NCBI GenBank assembly: GCA_963719145.1
Contig: CAVRAX010000001.1
Location: 71,544 to 135,543, forward strand
Reading direction: 5' to 3'
Length of the DNA stretch: 64,000 bases
Origin: an uncultured Chloroflexia bacterium
Lineage (GTDB): Bacteria > Chloroflexota > Limnocylindria > Limnocylindrales > CSP1-4
A program made the position numbers and the translations under genes. Shown here piece after piece: positions 10,053 to 17,954 of the stretch. How positions within the stretch are numbered: the stretch's first letter is position 1; each line of letters begins with the position of its first letter. The notes beneath the pieces were generated by a model, which worked only from the letters and a program-made list of their open reading frames with translations, had not been told where the DNA came from and searched no databases.

Positions 10053-11759
10053 TCAGAAGAGCCCGACGATCTCCCCGGCGGCGTCGATATCGATGTTCTC
10101 GCCGCCCGGCCGTGACGGCAGGCCCGGCATCGTCCGCATCTCCCCCGCGAGCGGCGTGACGAACCCGGCGCCCGCCGACAGCCGAACCTCGCGGACGGGC
10201 ATCCGGAAGCCGGTCGGTCTGCCCTTCAGCGAGGCGTCATGGCTCAGCGAGTACTGGGTCTTGGCCATGCAGATCGGGAAGTTGCCGAATCCCAGGGCCT
10301 CGTACTGCTTGAGCGAGCGGGTTGCCGCGGGCAGGTAGTCGACGCCGTTGGCCCCGTAGACCTTCGTCGCGATGGCTTCGATCTTGTCGGCGAGCGGGGC
10401 GTCGTCACCGTAGAGGAACTGGAAGTCCGGGGCTCCCTCTTCGGCCGCGGCCCAGACCGCGGCGGCGAGCTCGGTCGCTCCGGCACCGCCCTCGGCCCAG
10501 TGGTTGGCGACGACGGCATCGCGGGCGCCGGCCTCGAGGGCGACCCGACGAACCGCCTCGACCTCCGCCGTCGAATCGGTCGGGAAGGCGTTGATCGCGA
10601 CCACGACCGGCACGTTGAAGAGGCTGACATTCTCGATCTGCTTCGCGAGGTTCTGGGCGCCGCGGGCGACGGCCTCCGGGTTCTCCTCCTGAAGGGCCGG
10701 GTCGAGCGGCTTGCCAGCCACGATTCGGCCGACCCCGCCGTGCATCTTGAGGGCCCGGATCGTGGCGACCACGACGGCGGCGTCAGGCCTGAGCCCCGAG
10801 GCTCGACACTTGATGTCGAAGAACTTCTCGGCGCCCATGTCCGCCCCGAAGCCGGCTTCCGTGCAGACGATGTCGTTCGTGACGAGGGCGATCCGGTCGG
10901 CGAGGACGGAGTTGTTGCCGTGGGCAATGTTGGCGAACGGTCCGCAGTGGACGAACGCCGGCCCACCCTCCAGCGTCTGGAGCAGGTTCGGCTTGATGGC
11001 GTCCGTGAGGAGGGCGGTCATCGCCCCGGCGACCTTGAGGTCGTCGGCCGTGATCGCCGCTCCGTCCCGCGTCGTGGCCAGGACCATCCGTCCCAGCCGA
11101 GCGCGGAGGTCGGCAAGATCGCGAGCGAGGGCGAGCACGGCCATCACTTCCGAGGCGACGGTGATCACGAACTCGGTCTCGCGGGGGTACCCGTTCCCGC
11201 GGCCGCCGAGGCCGACGACGACCTTCCGGAGGGCGCGATCGCTGATGTCGACAGCCCGCGGCCAGAGAACATTGAGGGCATCGATCGCCAGGGCGTTGCC
11301 GTGGTGGATGTGGTTGTCCACGAACGCCGCCCCGAGGTTATGGGCCGCCCCGATCGCGTGGACGTCGCCGGTCAGGTGGAGGTTGAAGTCCTCCATCGGG
11401 ATGACCTGGCTGCGCCCGCCGCCCGCCGCGCCGCCCTTGATCCCGAAGACCGGCCCGAGGCTGGGCTGACGGAGGCAGACGGCCGCCCGATGTCCGATCC
11501 GGTTCAAGCCCTGGGCGAGGCCCACGGTCGTCGTGCTCTTGCCCTCGCCCAGCGGTGTCGGGGTGATCGCGGTGACGACGACATACTTGCCACGCGGCCG
11601 TTCGGCCTCCAGGCGCTCGATCCCGGCGAGGCGGATCTTGGCCTTCGTGAAGCCGTAGGGCTCGACCTCGTCATCGTGGAGGCCGAGCTCGCGGGTGAGG
11701 TCGAGGATCGGGCGCGGCGCGACGGAACGGGCGATCTCGAGATCGGATTGCGGGCTCAT
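10053..11759 (-). CDS. fhs: Formate--tetrahydrofolate ligase
   Basis: 568 aa with full-length FTHFS similarity (PTPLGEGKSTTTVGL, FANIAHGNNS). Its ATG overlaps the folD stop (ATGA). Confidence 0.95.
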   Translation of the reverse strand: MSPQSDLEIARSVAPRPILDLTRELGLHDDEVEPYGFTKAKIRLAGIERLEAERPRGKYVVVTAITPTPLGEGKSTTTVGLAQGLNRIGHRAAVCLRQPSLGPVFGIKGGAAGGGRSQVIPMEDFNLHLTGDVHAIGAAHNLGAAFVDNHIHHGNALAIDALNVLWPRAVDISDRALRKVVVGLGGRGNGYPRETEFVITVASEVMAVLALARDLADLRARLGRMVLATTRDGAAITADDLKVAGAMTALLTDAIKPNLLQTLEGGPAFVHCGPFANIAHGNNSVLADRIALVTNDIVCTEAGFGADMGAEKFFDIKCRASGLRPDAAVVVATIRALKMHGGVGRIVAGKPLDPALQEENPEAVARGAQNLAKQIENVSLFNVPVVVAINAFPTDSTAEVEAVRRVALEAGARDAVVANHWAEGGAGATELAAAVWAAAEEGAPDFQFLYGDDAPLADKIEAIATKVYGANGVDYLPAATRSLKQYEALGFGNFPICMAKTQYSLSHDASLKGRPTGFRMPVREVRLSAGAGFVTPLAGEMRTMPGLPSRPGGENIDIDAAGEIVGLF

Positions 11760-12706
11760 GCGGTTCCTCGGAGCTTGGGCGGCGAAGCGACGCCGGGCGA
11801 CGGATCGGCCGGCGACGACGCAACCACGGAGGTGCCCGCGGCCTGCCGTTGGGCAGCGCGGACGAGATGGGCCAGGAGAAGGGCGTTCGTGAGCGGCCCG
11901 ACGCCCCCCGGCACCGGCGTGATCGCCGCCGCGACCTCGCGGGCGGAGGCGAAGTCGACGTCGCCGACGATCCGGCCGTCGACGACGTTGATGCCGACGT
12001 CGATGACGACCGCCCCGGGCTTCAGCATTGCGCCGGTCAGGAGTCCCGGCCGCCCCGCGGCCACCACGACGATGTCCGCGCGCCTCGTGTGGGCCGCGAG
12101 GTCGCGTGTCTTCGAATGGCAGACCGTCACCGTCGCCCCGCCCTTCACGAGCATGAACGCGACGGGCATGCCCACGACGGGCGAGCGACCGATCACGACC
12201 GCGTCGGCGCCCGAGATCGGCGCGCCCGACCGCTCGAGCATCTCGAGCGCGGCGTGGGCGGTCGCCGGCACGAATCCCTCGAAGCCGAGACGCAGGAGCC
12301 CGGCGTTGAGAGGATGGATGCCGTCGATGTCCTTGAGTGGATCGATGGCATCGACCACCGTCCGCAGCCGGATCCCGGGTGGCAGCGGCATCTGGACGAT
12401 GACCCCGGACACCGTGACGTCGTCGCCCAGCCGACGAAGAACGGCTTCGAGCTCGGCCTCCTGAGCAGCGGGGTCGTCACCCGCCACGTCGACGAACCGG
12501 GCCTCGATGCCGACGGCCGCACAGGCCTTCAGGATCCGTTCGAGGTAGACCATCGACGGCGCGCTGCGGCCGCAGACGACGACCGCCAGACCGGGTGGGC
12601 GGCCGTTGGCCGCCACGAAGCCGGCGACATCGGTGGCGACCTTCCCCCGGATCTCCTCGGCGATCGGAGCGCCTTCGAGAAGGCGCGCGCCGGCCTGCAA
12701 CGTCAT
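11756..12706 (-). CDS. folD: Bifunctional methylenetetrahydrofolate dehydrogenase / methenyl-THF cyclohydrolase
   Basis: The internal start MTLQAGARLLEGAPIAEEIRG... has FolD motifs (PGLAVV, VIGRSPVVGMP, PVPGGVGPLT). The 586-aa track ORF is an upstream over-extension. The ATGA overlap with the upstream gene's stop fixes the start. Confidence 0.9.
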   Translation of the reverse strand: MTLQAGARLLEGAPIAEEIRGKVATDVAGFVAANGRPPGLAVVVCGRSAPSMVYLERILKACAAVGIEARFVDVAGDDPAAQEAELEAVLRRLGDDVTVSGVIVQMPLPPGIRLRTVVDAIDPLKDIDGIHPLNAGLLRLGFEGFVPATAHAALEMLERSGAPISGADAVVIGRSPVVGMPVAFMLVKGGATVTVCHSKTRDLAAHTRRADIVVVAAGRPGLLTGAMLKPGAVVIDVGINVVDGRIVGDVDFASAREVAAAITPVPGGVGPLTNALLLAHLVRAAQRQAAGTSVVASSPADPSPGVASPPKLRGTA

Positions 12707-13425
12707 CCGATCGGAGCTACCGGGGGTCGCGCTTCGCCGCTGGCCACCACCTCGTGGGTGACTGAGCACAGCCCACCGATGCGTTCGAGCATGTCGGCGA
12801 GACGTTGCTCGGTCGCTTCTGCCCAGGCGGGATCGCCGATCGAGGGCAGGTTGACGCGGACGTTGGCCGCCGCGCCCTTGGCGGCCGCCTCGGTCAGGAG
12901 CGCGGCCACGTGGAGGTCGGACGACGCGTTGACGTTGCAGCGCGCGGCCAGCAGCTCGGCCGCGGTGACGACCTCGAGGCAGGCCTCGACGCAGCGGAGC
13001 GGGACTTCGGCAGCGACCCTGGCGGCGCCCCGGATGGCCTCGGCGCGGGTGATCTGCTGCTCCTCCGTGTCGCGGGCGAGCTTGAGGGCCGCCGAGAACG
13101 CGCCGTAGGCGGCGGCGTCCTCGTCGGCGATCCGGAGCAGCCTGTCCGCCAACTCCGTCCCGGCGGCCTTCGCCCGCGCATGCACCTCCGCGTGCATCGC
13201 GTACCTGGGCCGTCCCTCGGAAAGCGAGGCGACCATCACGACCAGGCCCGCGGCCAGGCTCGCCGCGATCGCGGCCGCGCTGCCGCCGCCGGGAACCGGC
13301 GCCGGTGAGGCGAGTCGGTCGATGAAGGTACCGAGGGTCAGGTCCCGGAACCGAGTGGGATCGTCCTGCACGCCGCCGATTGTAGGCGCGCCGGCGTGGC
13401 CGGCGGGGGCCGGATGACCCACCAT
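12703..13425 (-). CDS. Formimidoyl-THF cyclodeaminase / methenyl-THF cyclohydrolase (FtcD cyclodeaminase-domain family)
   Basis: Contains the conserved TLGTFIDRLASPAPVPGGGSAAA N-terminal motif of cyclodeaminase/FchA proteins. The start is uncertain: ATG near 13425 or GTG near 13371. The track over-extends to 13530. Confidence 0.8.
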   Translation of the reverse strand: MVGHPAPAGHAGAPTIGGVQDDPTRFRDLTLGTFIDRLASPAPVPGGGSAAAIAASLAAGLVVMVASLSEGRPRYAMHAEVHARAKAAGTELADRLLRIADEDAAAYGAFSAALKLARDTEEQQITRAEAIRGAARVAAEVPLRCVEACLEVVTAAELLAARCNVNASSDLHVAALLTEAAAKGAAANVRVNLPSIGDPAWAEATEQRLADMLERIGGLCSVTHEVVASGEARPPVAPIG

Positions 13426-13674
13426 GTGGGCGCAATCCGGCTCTCTGTCGGGCACGGGGCGGGCGCGGTACCGGCCGCGCCCGCCCCGTCTCGACGCCCG
13501 GCGAGGGAGGAGCCATCGCCGGATGGGCACTGCCCAGGCCTCGTGGGAGATGAGCCCGAGCGGGGAATTCAGCTACCGCGCCGGCCCGCGGGGTTCCTGG
13601 CGCCGGCGTGATTCAGATGTGGCGAAGATGCATGGTTTCGCGCCGGGATCGCATCGCCAAGGCGGCGGCGAAAT

Positions 13675-13941
13675 TCAGGCCGCGCGGTGCTCGTCCATCC
13701 CCTCGATCGCCCAGCGCCGCGCGCGATGGCGATAGGAGAGCGTCAGTCGGGCGACCGGCGTGTCGACCTCGAAGATCGTCCTGGGGCCGACGACGACCGG
13801 ATAGGCCGAGGTCTCCTCGCGCACCGCGAGGACCTGGGTGACAGGCACGCGCTGGGCATGCCAGGTGATCTCTCGGGGACGGCCGTCGAACCAATCGGCC
13901 CTGACCCTGACCTGGACCGGCTCGACTCGGATCATGGCCAC
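13675..13941 (-). CDS. Small hypothetical protein under SOS (LexA) control
   Basis: About 88 aa (VAMIRVEPVQVRVRADWFDGRPREITWHAQRVPV...). The GTG start is preceded by AAGGAG. Its promoter lies 70-115 nt upstream and carries two LexA boxes. The track ORF is extended to 14097 and would run through those boxes. Confidence 0.45.
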   Translation of the reverse strand: MAMIRVEPVQVRVRADWFDGRPREITWHAQRVPVTQVLAVREETSAYPVVVGPRTIFEVDTPVARLTLSYRHRARRWAIEGMDEHRAA

Positions 13942-14007
13942 GGATGGCTCCTTTCCCGGGGGCGGAAGGTGCATCTGGTCGCTCCGTCGGCCGGGCACTG
14001 GTCGTAC

Positions 14008-14061
14008 AGAACGGGTGTTCGATATGCTCGGAGCGTAGACCGAACACCTGTTCGATGTCAA
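14008..14061 (-). promoter_or_regulatory. SOS promoter: -35 TTGACA, a LexA box in the spacer, -10 TACGCT, and a second LexA box just downstream
   Basis: The minus strand reads cgcTTGACAtCGAACaggtGTTCGgtcTACGCTccgagcatATCGAACacccGTTCTgt. The first box matches the CGAAC-N4-GTTCG operator exactly. The second box is one mismatch off (GTTCT, 11/12 core positions). Confidence 0.6.
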
Positions 14062-14115
14062 GCGTCCGGGTTCCGACGCACCGGACGATCGAGCCACCGC
14101 GTGCCAGCTAGCCTG

Positions 14116-15498
14116 TCACGCCCGATTGGACGGCTCGACGACTTCGTCAACATCCGGCTGGCCCGCCCCGACGTCGATGTCGACGTCGGGATCCGGTGCC
14201 ACCGGCGGTGGGGCCTTCGGCCGCTTGCGGCCGGACCGCTCGACATCGGCCGCGAGCTCCCCGCGGCGTTCGGTCGCCGTCCCGAAGTCGCGCTCGAACG
14301 GCGCGGGTAGGCCGGCCCGGAGAAGCCGGGCCCGGGTGACGGCCCGAGGGCCGAAGCGGCGACGCAGCTCGTCGGCGGCCTCGACCGCTCGTCGGCGGCG
14401 CGGGTCGAGCGTCTCGAACAGCCCGAGCTGCTCGCGGTCGCCGAAGCCCGAGGCGGTGACGCCGAGGAGCCTGATCTTCCTGCCCCGGATCTCCGGCCGA
14501 GCGAGCTCGAGCGCCGCGCGCCAGATGGGCTCGGTCAGGTCGGTCGGCTCGGCCAGTGCCCGCTGGCGGGTGACCGTCCGGAACGTCGTGTCCCGGACCT
14601 TGACCGTCACCGTCCCAGCCTTCACTCCGGCCGAGCGGAGCCGACCCGACACCCCCTCGGACAGGGCGAGCAGGGTGCGCTCGAGGACATCCGGGTTGGA
14701 CGTGTCCCGGTCGAAGGTCGTCTCGTGGCCGATCGTCTTCGCCGCGTCCGGGTCGTCGACGGGGTCGGGATCCAGCCCATGGGCGCGATCAACGAGGCTG
14801 GCGCCATGCTGGCCAAACCGACGGACGAGGGCGACCCGATCCATCGCCGCGAGGTCGCCGATGGTGACAACGCTGAAGTCGCGCAGCGCGGCGGCCGTCT
14901 GCGGCCCGACACCCCAGAGGCGGGAGATCGGCAGTGGCGCGAGAAACGCCGCCTCCTCGCCCGCGGGGACGACGACGAGGCCGTCCGGCTTGCGGAGATC
15001 CGAGGCGATCTTCGCCACCAGCTTGGTCGCGGCGACGCCGACCGACGCCGTCAGCTCGAGCTCACCCCGGATCGTGGCCTTGATCCGCCGGGCGATGGTC
15101 GGGCCGTCGCCGAACAGGGCCCGTGACGCGGTCACGTCGAGGAAGGCCTCGTCGATGGAGATCGGCTCGACGAGCGGGGTGAAGCGTCGCAGGATCGCCA
15201 TGACCTCGCGGCTCACCCGCTGGTAGGTCCGGCCGTCGACCGGGACGAAGATGCAATCGGGGCACAGCCGGCGGGCGGTCCGGATCGGCATCGCCGAGTG
15301 GACGCCGAACTTGCGCGCTTCATAGGAAGCGGCGCTCACGACACCTCGATCGTTCGTCCCGCCCATGCCCACGGCGACCGGCTTGCCCCGGAGCTCCGGG
15401 TGGTCGCGCTGCTCTACCGAGGCGAAGAAGGCATCGAGGTCGACGTGCAGGATCGTCCGCGGGGACAAAGCGGCGGGCTCGGCGCGAGTCGCGGCCAC
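14116..15498 (-). CDS. dinB: DNA polymerase IV (Y-family translesion polymerase)
   Basis: 460 aa containing the Y-family motifs ILHVDLDAFFASVE and SIDEAFLD. Confidence 0.9.
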   Translation of the reverse strand: MAATRAEPAALSPRTILHVDLDAFFASVEQRDHPELRGKPVAVGMGGTNDRGVVSAASYEARKFGVHSAMPIRTARRLCPDCIFVPVDGRTYQRVSREVMAILRRFTPLVEPISIDEAFLDVTASRALFGDGPTIARRIKATIRGELELTASVGVAATKLVAKIASDLRKPDGLVVVPAGEEAAFLAPLPISRLWGVGPQTAAALRDFSVVTIGDLAAMDRVALVRRFGQHGASLVDRAHGLDPDPVDDPDAAKTIGHETTFDRDTSNPDVLERTLLALSEGVSGRLRSAGVKAGTVTVKVRDTTFRTVTRQRALAEPTDLTEPIWRAALELARPEIRGRKIRLLGVTASGFGDREQLGLFETLDPRRRRAVEAADELRRRFGPRAVTRARLLRAGLPAPFERDFGTATERRGELAADVERSGRKRPKAPPPVAPDPDVDIDVGAGQPDVDEVVEPSNRA

Positions 15499-15634
15499 GG
15501 GCGCATCTTCGCGCCGGCCGTCAACTGCCGTTCGGTCGGCTGACGCGGCCGGCAGGCCTGTCTTGCCCCCGCCTCGGGTCGATCTGCCCGTTCGTGAACG
15601 ATGCCCGGCGGCGGAACTGGGGCGCCGACGCTCT

Positions 15635-16081
15635 CTAGCCCTTCGGCTCGACGACCACGGTGACCTCGGGCGTCATGCCCGAGAGGACCTTGACGGCGAC
15701 CTTGTAGGTGCCGAGCGACTTGAGCGGCTCCTCGAGCTCGATCTTGTGCCGGTCGACCTCGATGCCCCGCCGGCCGAGCGCGTCGGCGATGTCCTTGGCC
15801 GTGATGGAGCCGTAAAGCTTGCCGCCGTCGCCGACCTTGACGCCCATCGTGAGCGTCGTGGATGCGATCCGGGTCGCCGCGATCTCGGCGTCCTCGCGCT
15901 CGCGCTTCCGCTTCTCCTCGCGCGACGCGATGTCGTGCTGCCAGGCTCGATAGGCGCCGCCGGCCGCGGGCACGGCGAGCCGCTGGGGGATGAGGTAGTT
16001 GGTGGCGAAACCGTCGGCCACCGACTTCATCTCGCCCGACCTGCCGAGCTTGGCGATGTCCTGGGTCAGGATGACCTTCAC
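15635..16081 (-). CDS. rplI: 50S ribosomal protein L9
   Basis: 148 aa with the L9 N-terminal signature (MKVILTQDIAKLGRSGEMKSVADGFATNYLIPQRLAV). Its GTG start overlaps the upstream gene's stop (GTGA). Confidence 0.9.
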   Translation of the reverse strand: MKVILTQDIAKLGRSGEMKSVADGFATNYLIPQRLAVPAAGGAYRAWQHDIASREEKRKREREDAEIAATRIASTTLTMGVKVGDGGKLYGSITAKDIADALGRRGIEVDRHKIELEEPLKSLGTYKVAVKVLSGMTPEVTVVVEPKG

Positions 16082-16614
16082 GCGATCGAACCCTCCTTCG
16101 TGATCCAGGCTCGAAGTCTGGGGCCGACGCCTGAACGTTGCAACGCCTCGCCGGCCGCGGCGACGACGCCGGGAAGCCGCCGCACCGCCCGCCGGACGGG
16201 GCCCGGGAGGAGACGCCGAATTCGGGCGATATCCTCGTCGAACGCCGCCCGCTCGATGCTCAGCTCGTCGAGCTTCTCATCGAGGACCGCCGGATCGATA
16301 CCATCGAGAAAGAGCTCGATGGCGATGGCCACGACCACGAGGTCGTCGAGCCCCCCGACGATCGGAATGTCGTCGGGAATGATGTCCCGCCCGAGGACGA
16401 CGTAGCCGAGGCTCCCGGCGAGCAGCGCCTTGCGCGAGGTGGGGGTCCTGGCATCGACCGCGAGTGACCAGACGAGCCGGGTATACAGGGGCGCCCGGCT
16501 GGCGACGGGCAGCAGGGCCAGCAGGCCGAGCGCGCGGCGGAGGCTCCCGCCGGTGCTGCCGCCGCGCCTCCGGCGGCCCCGATCGTTGCCTGCCTTTCCA
16601 TCCTGCCGAGCCAT
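16078..16614 (-). CDS. DUF1232 (YkvA-like) membrane protein
   Basis: The internal start MARQDGKAG... carries the DUF1232 motif (GRDIIPDDIPIVGGLDDLVVVAIAIE). The track's N-terminal extension is low-complexity and was discarded. Confidence 0.7.
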   Translation of the reverse strand: MARQDGKAGNDRGRRRRGGSTGGSLRRALGLLALLPVASRAPLYTRLVWSLAVDARTPTSRKALLAGSLGYVVLGRDIIPDDIPIVGGLDDLVVVAIAIELFLDGIDPAVLDEKLDELSIERAAFDEDIARIRRLLPGPVRRAVRRLPGVVAAAGEALQRSGVGPRLRAWITKEGSIA

Positions 16615-16699
16615 TCGCGGAACGGGCCTCCGAAGCCGACGCCGCGGCCACGGCGTCGACGGCGCCGATCCTCCGCGGGGAGGGGAGTCTAGCAGGCCC

Positions 16700-16790
16700 G
16701 GCGCTGTGGGCCGGGGTGGGCCGGGGTGGTTGTCCGGGGTGGTGGGCCGGGGTGGCTGTCGTTGCCGGGGTGGCCCGATCCCGGGATGGT
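16700..16790. repeat. GC-rich imperfect tandem repeats with core CCGGGGTGG (about 6 copies)
   Basis: gggccggggtgggccggggtggttgtccggggtggtgggccggggtggctgtcgttgccggggtggcccgatcccggg. It lies between the divergent DUF1232-rplI-dinB unit and lexA. Confidence 0.6.
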
Positions 16791-16817
16791 TGACATCGAA
16801 CGTTCGTTCGGTATCAT
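16790..16817 (+). promoter_or_regulatory. lexA promoter with an SOS box in the spacer
   Basis: gTTGACAtCGAACgttcGTTCGgTATCATg. The LexA box (CGAAC-N4-GTTCG) sits between -35 and -10, about 30 nt upstream of the lexA GTG. Confidence 0.7.
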
Positions 16818-16843
16818 GTTCACAGTCGCCCCAGGAGGTGCCC

Positions 16844-17494
16844 GTGACCAGGCACGATGCCGATCGCAAGCTGAAGATCCTGCACCACATCGCGGGGACC
16901 CTGCGGGCGCGTGGGTATCCACCGTCGGTCCGCGAGATCGCGCGCGCAGTCGGCCTCAGCTCAACGTCGGCCGTCCACCATCACCTCCAGATCCTCGAGA
17001 AGGACGGGTACCTCGAGCGTGGCGCCGCCCAATCGCGGGCGATCCGCCTCACGCCGACCGCTGCGCTGTCACTCGGGCTCTCGAGCGAGCTCGTGCCCCA
17101 GTCGGGTGCGGCGGACGCTCACGTCGTCCCGATCGTCGGCGAGATCGCTGCAGGCGGCCCGATCGAGGCGTACCAGGACGCCTCCGAGACGATGGCGGTC
17201 CCCGAGATCCTCGCCCCCAGCGGCGATGCCTACGTGCTCCGGGTCCGAGGCGACTCGATGATCGACGCCCACATCGCTGATGGGGACTTCGTCCTCATCC
17301 GGCCCCAGAACACCGCCCATGACGGGGACATCGTCGTCGCCCAGGTCGAAGAGAACGCGGTGACCCTCAAGACATTCTTCCGCGAGAAGGATCGAGTCCG
17401 CCTGCAGCCGGCGAACGCCAACTACCCGGCCCAGTTCTACCCGGACGTGCGGATCCAGGGAAAGCTCATCGGCGTGATCCGGCGGCTCGACTGA
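16844..17494 (+). CDS. lexA: LexA repressor
   Basis: GTG start behind AGGAGG. Contains the winged-helix motif (SVREIARAVGLSSTSAVHHHLQILEKDGYL) and the S24 peptidase domain (GDSM..., KTF). Confidence 0.95.
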   Translation: MTRHDADRKLKILHHIAGTLRARGYPPSVREIARAVGLSSTSAVHHHLQILEKDGYLERGAAQSRAIRLTPTAALSLGLSSELVPQSGAADAHVVPIVGEIAAGGPIEAYQDASETMAVPEILAPSGDAYVLRVRGDSMIDAHIADGDFVLIRPQNTAHDGDIVVAQVEENAVTLKTFFREKDRVRLQPANANYPAQFYPDVRIQGKLIGVIRRLD

Positions 17495-17500
17495 TCCATC

Positions 17501-17800
17501 GTGGTCGTGTCGCGGCGGGTCGCCGACCGCGTGACCCGCGACTTCGACGAGCGGGTCCAGGCGGACGTCCTCGACCTGCTCGAGAGCACGACTCGGACCG
17601 ACTGGCGTGAGCACGGAACCGAAGCGGGCCGGGAGCGCCTCCACGCCGCGATCCTGAAGCTTGCTTCGGGCGATATCGACGCCCTCATCGTCGCGGCCGA
17701 CACGGCCGAGCGCGACTGGCGAGACGTCCTCGTTGCTGCGGGGCTGGCCGAAGGGGATTGGCAGGATCGCGTTGCCGAGATCCTGGGCGAGACGCGCTAG
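17501..17800 (+). CDS. Small acidic hypothetical protein immediately downstream of lexA
   Basis: 99 aa with a GTG start 6 nt after the lexA stop. It is helical and acidic, and I find no recognisable family. Confidence 0.4.
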   Translation: MVVSRRVADRVTRDFDERVQADVLDLLESTTRTDWREHGTEAGRERLHAAILKLASGDIDALIVAADTAERDWRDVLVAAGLAEGDWQDRVAEILGETR

Positions 17801-17954
17801 CCTCCCTTGGCCTCTCCACAGCTCGTCCACAGCCTCCGACGTTCCGTCCACCCGCTTGGATGATGTTCAGCGAGCCGATGCGGATAAGCGCCTTCCTGTC
17901 CCGGGACGGGTCGGTGACACTCGAGCTGGCACGTCCCGGACGCAACGTGAGGCC

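Noticed and set aside
11756-13516. 586-aa ORF as one gene
   Set aside because: Only its last 316 codons are FolD. The first 270 codons are the antisense/alternate frame of the cyclodeaminase gene, which ends with a TGA overlapping the folD ATG.
13426-13700. ZTP (pfl) riboswitch as a firm call
   Set aside because: Only partial matches to the two conserved subdomains, and the pseudoknot complementarity is imperfect (GGCG vs GGCC). Mentioned only as a low-confidence note inside a finding.
15499-15634. LexA box upstream of dinB (cGTTCGTGAACg)
   Set aside because: Half-sites are in GTTC-N2-GAAC arrangement, not CGAAC-N4-GTTCG. dinB here is probably transcribed with rplI or from an SOS-independent promoter.
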